From: Ptychomitrium polyphyllum
Lineage: Eukaryota
NCBI GenBank assembly: GCA_973851085.1
Contig: OZ316776.1
Location: 14,570,001-14,634,000, forward strand
Direction of reading: 5' to 3'
DNA: 64,000 nt
Shown here: positions 39,901 to 53,860 of the stretch, in pieces
How positions within the stretch are numbered: position 1 is the stretch's first letter
Layout of the letters: every line of letters starts with the position of its first letter
Made by a program: the position numbers and the translations under genes
The notes under the pieces: generated by a model
What the model was told of the DNA's origin: nothing
The model's input: the letters and a program-made list of their open reading frames with translations, nothing else
The model's database searches: none

Positions 39901-42438
39901 ATGGGGCAGTCACTCGGTACTTTGTTCGATGGCAACCTCAACGCGCTGGGATTGGGCACCAGTATCACAGCTGACGAAGTCACGAAGAATCTCAACCTCA
40001 AGGATTATACAGCCGTTGTTACCGGTATGGAGAATGTGGTGCTAGCTGCCGGTTTGAAGTTGGATGGTTTTATGGTGAAATATGGCAGTTTATGGTGCAG
40101 TGGATAATGATCATAGGAAAGTTCTGGTGTGCAAGCCATGGCTCATTTGTTAGGGTTTTGGTTTCTGTTTGAGAAATGCGTGGCCAAGATGTGGTAACTC
40201 GGGATAATTCGACCTGTTATTCATGTGTCTGATTACTAGGAGATGTAATCGTACTCACGACGTTTGTATCAGCAAGGATGAAAGGGTGAGGCTGCTCTGC
40301 TTTGGTTTGCTGTAGGTGGTTCATCGGGTCTGGGAAGGGAGTGTGCGAGGACGTTAGCCAAGCGCGGCGCACATGTTGTTCTTGCAGCGAGGAGAGTTGA
40401 TGTGCTCCAGGATGTGAAATCGTTTATCATAGCTGAGACTCCTACCGCACGAGTGGAGTGCATGCCCCTGAATTTGACCAACTTGAAGTCGGTGCGTCAG
40501 TTTGCGGAAGAGTACAAGCAGAAGAAAATGCCACTTAACATCCTTATGTAAGTACCCATTTAATTTCAAATAATTCCGATTCTCTGCGTCTGCATCCTTA
40601 TTCCCGGACTTTGATTATGCATTTGTTGTACGGATGCGGGTTTTGATGGGATATTGATGTATGACAGCAACAATGGAGGAATATTTGCCAAGGAATTCAC
40701 CCCCACAGATGATGGCATCGAGGTTATGTGGGCTACGCACGTTCTTGGTATGTGCTCAAAAGCAGATCAATAATTGTTATACTGTACCTTCGAGATTGGA
40801 GAAACTTATCTCTTTTTTTTAAACGCCAGTCGAATTGTCAAAGTTAGGATATTCGATGAATAGATGTTATGTTATGCATGTTGCAGGTCATTATGCTCTT
40901 ACAATGATGCTAATGGACAAGCTGAAGGAGACAGCTGCACAAAGTGGCATCGAAGGACGAATCATGTTTACAGGTTCTGATGCTCACCGCATCTCGTACG
41001 AAGGCGGCATCAACTTTGAAGCCTTGACAAATCCAAACCTGTAAGTATTGATGTTAGCTAGAGTTGTTTTCGTTCATTGATGAGCATTTCTATTGAATTA
41101 TTCATAGTGAAATAAACTGCTTTGAAGAGTGGCCTAATTCGAATTTTGTCTATGGAGGAATATTTGCCAAGGAATTCATCTGTTGTACAACTTTGGAGTA
41201 GTTTCATTACAAGTAGAAGAGTAGTACTCAATAGCTATAGATCAGATTATAGAAACAAGTTTGTCTTTCCGTTTTTTCATACACTGTTTCATATATGTCC
41301 TGATCAAAGCGTTTTTTGGTAAGTGCAGGTACAATGCTTATCAGGCCTATGGCCAATCGAAAACTGGCGATATTCTCCTTGCGAGGCTGATAGGACAACA
41401 GCTAAAGGTTTGGATAAATCACCGCTTGCGTCGTGAACTTGTTGGTAACACGTCTCGTAAACGTCGTCAATGGTCACTACTGCTTTTTAATTGTAATTTC
41501 AATGTTTTAGTTTTTTCTGGTTGTCATCATTGCTAGTTATAATGTTTTGATGTAACTGAACATAGTCTGAATTTTATATGAGATGATAGACGAGGTATGT
41601 GCTAAATGCTCAGAAGGAAAAAAGAGAATCCTTCTGTAGGCTGAGGCACATGAGCCCTCTTTATTTAGAGAAGAAACTAATGCGACTACGTGATAACTGC
41701 AGAGGGAAGGTGTTAACGTGGTTGCAAATTCGGGTCATCCTGGAGCAGTGAAGTCTCCCTTGGGCCAGAATTTCTTCGAAAAGGGCACTACACGTAAGAA
41801 TCTTTTCGCGTTTTTTGGTTATTACCGTAAACTTCTAGTTCTAAGTTTTAGCTTCTCTACTCCAAAACATTGTTCTTGTAATATGGTCAGATATGCTTTC
41901 CTGTGGTGTGATTTAAAGTTACAGTGAGTATCAAAATTGCATGCTACATGTTGAATTCTAAGATTAACAAACGTGTGTTTTGGTTGGATGTTTCAGAGGT
42001 GGGATACAATCTTTCTAAGCCATTTATCAAAAATGCGGAGCAGGTACATTTTCAGTACTCGAAAACATTTCATGAAAGAGCAGAAATTTAGCTTCAAAAT
42101 AAGCAAGCAAAAAGGAATCCTCGTAGAAGTTCTTTTGCGGTTATTTATCAGTAACTGTATTTAATCTTGATGAGAAACTCTCTGAAAGATTGGTAAGTTA
42201 CTATTTGAATAGTGCGTGGAAAGTATTGAATTGAAGGCAATTTCCATTTGGGTTGATGATGCAGGGCGCTGCAAACCTTGTGTATGTTGCAACGAGTCCA
42301 GAGATCAAGGGCGTATCAGGCAAGTACTTCTCCGACTTTAAGGAGATTAAGCCAAGCTTGTCTGCACAGAATGATGTGCTCGGTCAGAAGGTCATCGACT
42401 ATTGCGAAGATTTCATGTCTGCCAAGTTGCGTGCATGA
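39901..42438 (+). CDS. Short-chain dehydrogenase/reductase, TIC32/retinol-dehydrogenase-like (about 8 exons)
   Basis: TGGSSGLG cofactor motif, NNGG, YGQSK catalytic motif, HPGAV, GAANLVYVATSPEIKGVSGKYFSD. Confidence 0.92.
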
Positions 42439-43487
42439 GCACATTCAGCTGGGATAACAAGAATGCATACAACAACGTTGTATAGAGAATGCTGTTGATA
42501 ATAAGAATTAATCGTCCAAGCTACTATTTACTGTTGTAGAGTATCTGCCGTGTAGCTCATTGTGAAGTTGAATGTGGATATTTGCGAATTGTAAATTATA
42601 ACAATGATGTTGGACATCTGAGATCTTTGATATCTTACAGTTATTTCAGTGTTTGGGAATTTCCCTTGTGTATCTACGATTCTATCATGAACCTAAAACT
42701 GTCATGTTCACTCTGCAACTCCAGGTAAATACTGCTATAATTTTAGAATGCTATAATTTTTTCCAAAAACTTTCACCAAATACAGTCTCTTGAGTACAAT
42801 CATTCCGTAGTGAGCTCGGAAGATTCAGGAAATTGATTTAAAGCGTCTAACCAATTTTTCTGGTAAGACCAATTAGCATCATAATCTAGCTTATGTTTTC
42901 TTGTGGAAAAGCTCCACTCCTGTTCAACCACTAGTAAAGCTTAATCAAGTTGAACATATACTTTGAGAAAGTGTAGAGAGAGAAGCTCCGTTTACATTAT
43001 TCTTCTATAAAATGTCAATTCACATTTATTTGTGATGTATAAAAGCTGAAATTGTGAAAATATATACTTAAACATACAACATTCACATCTTGTGTGATGC
43101 TTTTTAAATAAACGTTATATTTAACTTCCATACTGTATACTCTTTCATAATATCCTGATAATAATGACAAGACTAAAGCATAAGTGATGCTTCCATATAT
43201 ACAATATCAATGCCTACCTTTGCAAACCCAGATGTTTCATGTGCTGTAGCATTTTCAGCAGAATTGGATGTTTTTATACAACTGCCATACTTTATGGCAA
43301 TTTAAAATCAGTTGGTACCAAAATGCCAGTAAGATTACTGCCTAGAAGTGCCATGAGGGCATTCTTTTCAATCCTGTCAACATGTTGATAAGCGCAGTAG
43401 CAACCGCTGTTGGGAAACATACTTCAGTTGTGGCCTTCCTCCACTCATGTATAAAGTATCAGTTGAAGTACACCTTGTTTAGAACCT

Positions 43488-46400
43488 TCAAATGAGAACG
43501 TTAATGTACAACACAAGCCAGCCTGCCATTGAGAGAACTGCAAGTATGTGCTCATAGAACAGAATAGCCGATGCTTCTTTCTCAGCATGGCCTCGTAAAT
43601 TAGTCACCGCTCCTACAATTTAGCATCAATCAGTCAGCTTCTGATGCAGAGAAATTTCAGTACCGGAGCCAAACACAAAGGTCTCCAATTAGTAACACTT
43701 ACAAATTTCTGACAAGCTTTGTTAAACCATTTAAAAATATGATACTGAGTATGAGCTTGCCAACACCTACTTTTGGAGCTCATTTTCGTTCTCATTAACT
43801 ATTTAATTCTTTTCCCACTCACACTAATCGGAAATATTTTAAAGAGTGAATAATCACCGTGGATGTGGATGCAAAGAAGCATAGTGAATGTTTTACCCAA
43901 TCACAAAGAAGGATAAACCAAAGGAAGGAATTTCGTTCAGAAGAAATTACCAGCAAGTATGGAGCTGGGCATCGTATGTTGGAGCAGTAACACAAATTTG
44001 AACGTTTTGTTTCCCCCGGGAAGGAACCCCATTTTCTCAGCAGTGAGGACAGTGGCAATCCCTATAGGTGGTATTACAAGGAGCCGAACGGCAACAATAG
44101 CTACCGTTGTGCGCAGCCCAAGTTTCGAAGCCCCTGCCCCTGCAAGCGTAGAGAAGCCAGTGCGATGATATATTTCATCATAACAGACACGGTGCCAAGC
44201 ACAATTTAAAATTAGACTGAGTTGAAACCATGCCGAACATAATAAAATATACTTGAGCAATGAAAAACAGAGTCAAGTAAATTGCCTCCCACTAAGTTGC
44301 CACCCAGCACAAGCATGATACATGGAACTGTCGCGCCTCTGCAAAATATATCCAGAGCGTGAAAGATAAGATAATCAGTCGTAATTACGTTGTACAAAAG
44401 GGACATCCTCATGTCTAAGTGGGTTTATGAATTTAATGCACAGGAGGTTTGTGTAGACATGTGATGTGCGGTACCAACCCCAGAATATTCAGACTGTCGA
44501 ACAGAAAGTAAAAGTACGAGTGCTCCGTAAAGATAAGACTCCTCAGCAAAGGAACGCATCCAAATAAAAGTGCCAAAAACTGCATAAAAAGATAAAATAA
44601 ATAACGTAATCGGAGTCAGCATATAAGCTGATTATTAGCCAGATACTTATATCATCTCTAATCACCAGATCAACTAAATGCTATGGTACACATTACGATA
44701 ACACCAGTAAGAGTGAGCCATCAAAGTTAGCCTGAGTCTAAAATTACTTGATATATTAAAAACACTTGTAAAGACTCAATCATTTGACACGGTACTCTAT
44801 GTTGCCAGAACGAATAAAAAAATTCTGATAAATGAGAACTGGCTGAGCATTCTGGAATACTTACAGAGGCCACAACTGGAGGCTGCATGATGTCTCTGAT
44901 CCTTCCATGTGATAACCAGGCCTTTACCAGCACCAAAAAACCCTGCACGTAGCTAACAATACTCTGAAGATTACTTGCCTATGGTACTGCCTTACAGGCT
45001 GACTTCAGTGTCCTTAAAGCACGCAAACTAGCATGGTAGAATTGACACAAATGCTTCGTCGAGTGAAGGTGTAGGCACATTTAGTCGTAATTCATAGTGA
45101 CACCTTCAGATAATAATCAAGTTCAAGAAGTTGCAAGTCCTTGATACGATTTGATGAATCCTTACTTGATTATAGCCATCACACAAAGTTTCTTTTGACA
45201 ACCAACATCTCAAGCTGATTAAGTTTGGTGAATTAAGTTTCAACGCTGACCATATTGATAGCGCACCTGTGGAGTCGCGGGGAGAGCCTCCGGGACAAGC
45301 AAAGCAGTCTCTTCCGAATCCGTATAAGCAAGAGCGGTCCCTTCAGTTCTATGAGCCGTCTCGGCTTTGGGAACCACCGCAAGATTGGTTGAGGAGGAAG
45401 CGTCAAGTTCCTTGGGCCTCACAGGCGGTGCCAACATGCTGTAGACGTAGGTGTACACTATAACTGCTCCCACCTGCACACAAAAAAGCTTCCAATGCTT
45501 CATATAAATTGCTCCTGCACCACTCTTTCAAAAAGCCAGCCGAATTCAACCTAAAAATGAGTTGCATGAGACATAAAGAATCATACCCACTGGCCGAAGG
45601 AAATGTAAGCCACGCCATTTGTGTTGCACGTTTCAGGATCCTCAAATGGGTTGCCTTTCTCTCGACAAATAGCACCTACTATCACAAGTGGTATATTGCC
45701 AATGTTTCCTGCTCCAGCAATGCACCAAGACATCCTTCAGATATAATTCCAATAAACATGAACATCAATCCTCACCACGTCATTCATTCTGTTAGATTTT
45801 AGTAATAGACCAAAGAACAAAAACCAGTACTATCTCGTGATGCATAAGCAAAAGCGAAAATGCAAACTTCAGATTGAGTAAGAAAACAATTGCCACTGAG
45901 CTCAGCTATGAAGTCAAAAATAGAAAGCTGAGTACCGATTCCTATAAAAATCACTGTAAAGTTGAAAAATTCTTGGGGTGGCTTGATCAGGAGAGCAACG
46001 GCATAACCCACAAGGCAGCCGAAAGTTGCTGCTAGTACGACATTCACTGGAATGAACCACCTTGCGTAGGCAACCACGAACAGAAACGAACATGAAGTAA
46101 GTCAAAGGGCATCGTACTGATATTGAAGAGACATCAAAGATCTATGTTCGCTTATGATCATGAAGGATGGATAGTGTAAAACCACCACTCACCATTCAAT
46201 AATCTTCTCCACTGTTACGGCCTTCCCTAATTGAGTGAAAATCAAGCAGGGAAGAAAAAGAGAAAATACCAGCTGCAACACATACGCACGACGTCTCACT
46301 CAGAAGCGTCAGCTTAGAGGGGAGAAAGATGTACACCATTTGTACGAGTTAGAGAGAAGTAGGAATCAGAACATACAGAGACCATGCAAAACCCCAGCCC

Positions 46401-46848
46401 TAATTCTCCAGGTTTACTCGGTTAGTTACAGATATTTCAAATAGTTGTGACGTATCCACAAGAGCAGCGAAAAGTCGACACGAAAAGCCTCTGCAAGGCT
46501 CGACGCAAGGGTTACAGGATCGGCAAATACAGCAAACCGAAGACCTAAAAGAGATGGGAAGGATGGAATTGTGATAGAGCAAAATTAGGGCTCCATCGCA
46601 GAATGAAGGACGCCGTTGTGAATGCCAAACTCGAATCCCAAATGAGGAGATTCACAAAACCGGACTACAAGGAATCGAACCTTGCTGAGTTGCTTGCGAG
46701 AGTATGCTGGGAGGATGTTCACAGTTCGGCTTGCCAAAAGCAAACCCAGCGCACACATGACCAGCACCTTGGCAATAGGAAGAACAGCGTACTTCAAAAG
46801 AGTAAACACACTCTCCGCGCTCCCAGGATCAGCCATCCAGGCATCCAT
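43488..46848 (-). CDS. PILS: PIN-LIKES (PILS) auxin-carrier family membrane protein
   Basis: LPIAKVLV, LVFSLFLPCLIFTQLG, WWFIPVNV, IGIGNIGNIPL, ATVPCIMLVLGGNL, FKFVLLLQHTMPS, EKEASAILFYEH. Confidence 0.93.
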
Positions 46849-47339
46849 CGCTTCGCCCGCTCAATCAGTTCCACCAGACCCCTCTGCAAACATCCGCAGA
46901 CCTTCCCTTACTGCACTCTGAATAGTGCCATCTCCACTCACCATGCAGCCACAGGTTTTCCAAAAAAAAAGCGCAGGCAGGTGCCCCAGAGTGAGAAGCT
47001 AACAGACCAGGGATCCACTTTCAGAGAAAACTGAAGCGTTGGGTGCCTACTTGGCGCCTGGGGTGCGTCACAGCCTGCCTGGCAATGCTTCCGGCGCCAC
47101 AACACAACACAACACATACATGCCTTGCAACAAAACCTGGTCGATGAGAAGCGACGCAGATACGGCAACGCTGCGTCGCATCCCCAGGTGATGACATGGC
47201 ACTGCCAGCTCCCGCCGACAGGTGCTGACATGGCGATGCCAGCTCCCCCATTGCATTCCATTGGATTGCAGCCGTGGACCTTGCATTTTCACGCACAGCT
47301 GTCCCCTCTCGCATCCTTGGTGGGGATTGTTCCTCACAT

Positions 47340-47700
47340 TTCTGTGCCCTGGTCCCTTCTTTCCTTCCTTTTTTCCCTTATTTTTTGTTTTCCCCTTTCT
47401 TTTTTGGTTCTTCTTCCTTTCTGATTTTCCCCCTGTTTTCACGTTGTTTAATTTTAATATTTTTCCTATACTTTTTCCTTTTTTCCTTTCTTTTCTCTGT
47501 TTCGTTTTCCCTTTTTTCCACCTTTTCTTTTCTTTTAATCTTTTTTCTTTTCGAAAAAGTTTCCCTTTTATTCACTTTCTATTAAAAAAAACTTTTACCT
47601 TTTTTTCCCTTCTTTTTCCTTTTACTCATCTTTCTTTTTTTTTCTTTTTTCATTTGTCTCTTTTCTTTTCTTCTCTTCCTTCTTCCTCTTTTTATTCAAA
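47340..47700. repeat. T-rich polypyrimidine low-complexity tract upstream of PILS
   Basis: About 350 bp dominated by T/C on the plus strand. Confidence 0.8.
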
Positions 47701-50299
47701 ACAAGACGAGCAACTTTACTGCCATGCTATAATTCCATCAAGTAAGGTGGATGTTTAAAGAGGAATGAAATTACCAAGCTCCATGATTGTATAATTTAGA
47801 TGCCATCTATTACCCCATGGAAAGTTTTGATTTATCTTACATAAATGTTTTTTTTTAAATAAGATATTTGACAATGTTTGAAGAAATCTTAGTTGATACT
47901 ATAGTTTTTCTAAGGAACTACTATAACTATTCTTTGGAAGTTATAAAAAACCATACTTGGCAATGATGTGGTAATTAAAGATTTTATATAATAGATGTAA
48001 TACTTCTCCATTAAAAATCCCATTTTCATTAAAGCTTGGTAGAGTTTGTACTAGTTTTTGAAAGAATGGTTCTTCTTTTATCCTAAAATTCTAAAGTGAT
48101 AAAGGTTGTACACTTTTAAATACTTTTGTTGAATAAAAATTTCTATTAAGTTCGTTTTTCTATATAAATTGCATGGTTTTATTTATTCTATCATATAATA
48201 TTTTTATAACTATTAATTTTGGCAATTATAGAAGTGAACTTTTGGAGTTTATTTTACATTGATCTATAAGATTCAAATGATCGACTTGGAAAGTATATCT
48301 TCCTAATACTTTTTGTCATATTCTAGACCAAAAATATCAAGGATATTATTCAAATTAAATTAGAATAAAACTCAAAAAAATTAAAAGCTAGAATTAAATT
48401 CAAAAATACACAATAAAATTTAGATTAAATTAGTTTTACAAAAATATTTTCAAAATTTGTAAGTTAATAGAATCTTTTAATCAAAAATCAATTTATATGT
48501 ATATGTGCAATTTAAATGGTATCTATAAAATTAATAGTTACTATAAATTAATTTTGATAAACTATTGTACACTTACATGCCACTTAATTTTTTTAGATAT
48601 AAATTAACGTTAATTGAAAATTGAAAGTTTTGATTATCATAAATTTAATTTGGTAGTTATTTGTTATTTCAATGATTTAATAAATAAAACATTTATGAAG
48701 ATCATTTTAAGAATTTATTAATAAAGTTATACATACTATTATGCATATGTACACAAAATTTATAATACAAATATAAAGTAAATATTATTGATCAATTTTA
48801 TTCTAAAATAAGAAAAAAAATTGAGTTGTGTTTTAATTTCAAATATATGCAAATTTATGGATTTAAATATTTTAAAATAATAATACAAATAAATGTTTGA
48901 ATTTAGAATTTGTTGAATCAATTTTTAATTATTATTGTTACTCAATTTTAAAGTCTTAGAATTTTAAAGTTTTTAAAACAAATTTATCATAATAATTTTG
49001 ACTAATCATTTGTAAATAATATTATTATTGATGATTCCTATGATAAACATTATCATGTATATAAAACTATAATTTGATTTGTCCTTGCTATTTGTTATAC
49101 AATTTAATAATCAAAACTAAAATGTGCATGCATAGAATTTAATAAATGAATTAATCTATAATAAAAATATTAATTATAAAATCATCAAAAGTAAAATTTA
49201 AGTAAAATTTCATAAAAGAAATAGTATTCTAATACTAAAAATAATAAAAGACTAAATACATTCAATATTTTATATTTTATTTAGAAAAGGCCTAGAATTT
49301 TTTCAAAGAACCATTTTTCAATTCTTTATTTATAAGAATATCCAAAATGTTATTTTGCAATATAAATCTATATGAAAGTATTTTCATTTCTATATGATTC
49401 AAAAAAATTCATGGTAAAAAAGAAGATTTAATCTTTTCAAAAAGCCACAAACTCAAAATCTAGTAAATTTTGGCTCACAATATCATTGAATAATTTGCCA
49501 ATATGAAAGATATACAACCTATAAATATTATTTCTTAAAAAATAATTGATTAAAATACTCCTTCTAATACAATAGAATCATAAAAATATACTTTAATGGT
49601 CTATATTTAAGTATTATTTGATTCTATATTTGAACAACTTGTAAAAACTTAGCTTTTTGATTGAAATAATTGAATAAAATAATCATGTTAATCCTGAAAT
49701 GTAATTGTACTTAATTGATCCCAATTCAAATTGAATATTTTTAATTTAAAAAATAATAATGATTGCAATACAAGTGTATGAGTAGATAATCATGCATAAT
49801 AGATTAGGTGGATGTATGCTCTACTATTTGATCAATGAAATCACACATATTGTAAATTATGTATATATGTCTTTCTTTCGACACTACCATTAACACCATA
49901 TTTACTATAATGAGAAACTCTAAAGTTCCAAAAATCTTTGGTATGAAGTAGACTTAGAAAGGGATGATGAGTGTCATGTTTTGGAAGTCATATAGGAATT
50001 ATGTTAATTGATAATTATAATTTACTTTGATGAGTTACATCTGGTGTGCCGACACTATAAAAGTCACATTTAGTGTGCCCCTTACATTTAGTGTTGCAAT
50101 GGTTATCATTCAGTGTGCCCCTGAATTCTTCTGATGGTACCTCGTCATGTATCACAGCATGTTTGACAGGCAGGGAAGAGGTAGATTCATTCTTTTAATA
50201 CTTTTCAAAGCAGGAATCCCTTCACTGCAAAAATGTTGAGGTAGTTCATGTTGGTCGTCAGCTGACGATAAGTTCACACTGTTTGCATTGTGTCTCCCA

Positions 50300-53200
50300 A
50301 ACTTTCATTTGTTTGCTATCAATCACAGAGGCTGGAATATCACAGCAGTGATTGAAGCTTTCAACGCCACTCGATATGTTCTCCTTGTTTTGATCCTCCT
50401 CGGTTTCAAGGAAGTGAAAATTTCGTCAGTGTGGAATTTCTCCATTGTTTGTGTGAGGATGTTTCTCGGCCCTTGGATAGAAAAATATTCCTTAGCAGAC
50501 AGTGGGGCGACGTACAGCTTGGTAAAGCAAGGGGCTTCCCTTCACCTGCATGGATCCCTTCTCGTAGTAATCACGCAGCGTCTTCAACGCTTGAATGCGG
50601 ATCACCTGCTTTCTCATTGTCGGCTTGTGTCGCATCTGTTTCCCAGTTCATCCATTCAGGCACGGAGTCAGTACCACAACAGCTCATTGAGCTGGTGCTG
50701 GAATCCACAAGTTTGCAGCAAGTCACGTCTGAGAAACTACTTCAGGTAGTCCTCATTGCACTACTCTAGGTGAACTCTTCCTCGGATGCAACTGCGATCG
50801 TCTTGAAAACGCAGATAGCCCGTACCGCGTTCAAGTGCACGAAATTCCACACGAATTACCGAGTCCAGGTCAAGGGAAGGAATTCTCGCGAACTGAGTGA
50901 TATGTTGATAGAGGATTTGGGTGAATTACATTTGATCGAAACCTTGCAAGCTTCTCCGTCAGATATGCCTTGCTCAGTATCTTATCTGTCCAGCAATACA
51001 AGGTGTGTTCATCAGTTCCTAATTTTCTTCAACAGTTCTGTACCGGTGCTTTACAAAGTAAATCACCCACATTGTATCCATACTTAACGCACACTCCGAT
51101 AAGATAATGCCTGGAAGTCACCTACATACCTTCATCTTCACACTTGTTCGTTAGAAATACGGACAGAACAAGCCATCAAGTGAGCAGTACGCTGAATATT
51201 GGAGAATTTTGTACCTACATGCCCCGACAATGGTTGATCAACCTCAACGCTCTTGTTCGTTGGAGGCACGAACTTGACTTCTGAGTCAATAACAGCCTTT
51301 ATTATGTCCTTCCGTTTCTCTCCTAATAAAAGCTCCGCCACATCAGGGCCCACGTTCTCTATGAGATAACTTGAGATCGGTGGCTCTGTCAGAAGATTTA
51401 AATGCCACAATAGTTAGTTTCCTCTATCTACCAGTTGGTGAGAATTCAGCCACTTATGAGAGCCTCTGCAGCTTAAAATAGACGCTGCGAAAATCTCCGT
51501 TTACAGAAATTTGCAGTGGTTTAGGAGGAGCAACCAGGTAAGTTGAATTTGGGGTGCTTTTTCAACGATGCAGCCTTTGCCCTTTTCTTTTCCCGCTGCA
51601 TTGTTGAAAGGATCACTTAGAATGCATTGCAGAAGTCTCCTTCTCCAGCTCATCCATGATGAACCACGAGCATAACTTATACGCAGAAGAGGATCAAAAA
51701 AGTATTCCTGAATACAGCAACGCATAGGTCTAAACAGTTACTATCAACATTAGATCGCTAATCAAAAGATCATGGTCAATGTACCTCAGTTGGTGCCAGA
51801 GTCATGGACGGATTTCCCTCAGGTTTCTGTACACGAAGAAGTTCACAAATGGTTGAGACAACACATAAGATCAAGCATGAACGAGAGGTAGAATGTATTG
51901 TAATGTAGATAAGGGTGCATCTATCCACAATTCCGAAAATTTAAAGCAGAAGTTGAATTTGAGTCACAAATGTTTTAAGAATAGCTACAGAGAAACAACT
52001 TTATCCGGCTTCTCCAGTTCTCCTTGCAATGCCTTTCGGTCTCCATAATTTTCATAGGATCGCAAATACATCCGGCTTTGCAATGCTTTGTCGCCTCCCA
52101 TTACTGCCTCTATCAGCTGCGTAGCACGTGCAATTGATACTATTGAACGTCAAATGATCAGGATAGTTTCCTCTTAATGTGCTCTGGAGGTTCTTCAATG
52201 TCAGACGATCTGTCCTATCATTCAACTTCACATGATACTTTTAAGAAATTTTAATCATCGATAACCGCTAGCAGCTTTAATAATCGATACTTGAGAAGTT
52301 TAACACGAACCACGCATGGTCAGAATTAATTTACTCATAGCCCCAGTAAACACATGAAGTAGGTAAGAGTTGTTTGACCTTCTTTCTCCTGTAAGCTTGG
52401 GCCAAAAAGGAGAACGGAAGGGTATTCTCGGCACTTGCTCGCTTACCTAAACATCTCCATATTTCTCAGAACACAATGATTTAAAATTGCAATGGACCTA
52501 CCAGTGCAGTCTCGTTTCCATAGCTAGCTCATCTCAAACCATCAGACTCACTAATCTGCTGGGCGTCATCCAGAGTTTAGAATTTGATAGTTGAAACATC
52601 ATCGTTTCCTGCCGATCAAACCTTATATAACACCACATTCAAACTTACAAGTGGGGCGATGGAATTTGATACAGTGCATACCTTCGTCTGAGGGCGCATA
52701 TTCATCGATTGGCAGCTTATCAAACTTCAGTAGAATCAGTCGCTTAAACTCGGGAAAATCCATCTGCCATGCGTAACACATTGAGAGTTCAATAAATCTC
52801 TCCCTCAGTACTTGCCTTGGGAAATACACAGAGCCATTACCGTTCAGATACATCAAGAATCTCAACTTAAAAACCCTGGTTTCTTACAACAAAAACCCAG
52901 GCTTCTTACAACGGCTACACTAAATAGAAGAAGGCCAGCTCAAAATAGTACAGTCCGCTTGGTAGGATTGATTTGCCGCACTGCACCCTCAATCTCGTGC
53001 TTTGTCACATCCATACCCAGCACAGAGAAGGCTAACGGCACATCGTGTGTCGATATTATTCCTGCAATTGAACTCTCAATTCAAGTTGTATGGGTTGAAC
53101 AAACGAATGAGCGAGACTAGGATGCTGAAAAGGTAGGAATGCATGGCCAAATTCCAAAGCAGATAGCAGCTTCTAATAATGCGCAAGTGATAATTTCCTC

Positions 53201-53860
53201 CAGAAGATTACATATAACGAGATTGAAATTGAAAACCAGAAAATGAACAATCTGAAATAGCCTAAACGGCACAAGAATGGCCTTTTCAGAACACCCAAGC
53301 AAGAGAGCAGCAAGAAAGCATACCAGAGCCCCCAGAGTCGATCAATTGGAAACACTCTTTCAACTCCAGTTCCTGTTTCCTCGTTGTATCTTTTATTTTC
53401 ATCTTGCCATGAACTTTCAGCCACGGGTCGATACCCGCCTTGGCAAGCTTCAGCTGCACACGATTCAGGAAATACAATCACAACATTGTTCCTCATTCGC
53501 CACCTGCTTGAGGAACACACGACCCTCCGCCTCTCAACGTGCTATCATCCCTGAGCAACACAGAAGGGCTTGCTGTCGTAAACCTTAAACCGTCAGTCTA
53601 GCTTCCACTCATGGTTTTGTGGGCCCTGTGGTCTTCATCTTGATTAGTAAGATGGAGAAGACGTGAGAGTGTGTACCGCAGCCTCCTTCAACGGTATATC
53701 CAGTGGCCCCAATCGCAAACTCTGATGGTTCATCATGATAAAACCAGTAGCACGATGATCAACCCACAACGCAGCTAAATTCTCTTCCAGGCCCCCCTCC
53801 TCTTGTGCAGTGAGTGAGTTGCTGTGGGTGTGGCAGTGTGCCTCTTCTTCTCTCACAAGA
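50300..53860 (-). CDS. EF-hand (centrin-like) domain-containing multi-exon protein
   Basis: Exon peptides ELKECFQLIDSGGSG, MDFPEFKRLI, LPFSFLAQAYRRK and LIEAVMGG, with many short GT-AG introns. Ends uncertain. Confidence 0.55.

Noticed and set aside
47068..47758. Phe-rich and Lys-rich ORFs
   Set aside because: Translations of the low-complexity T-rich tract
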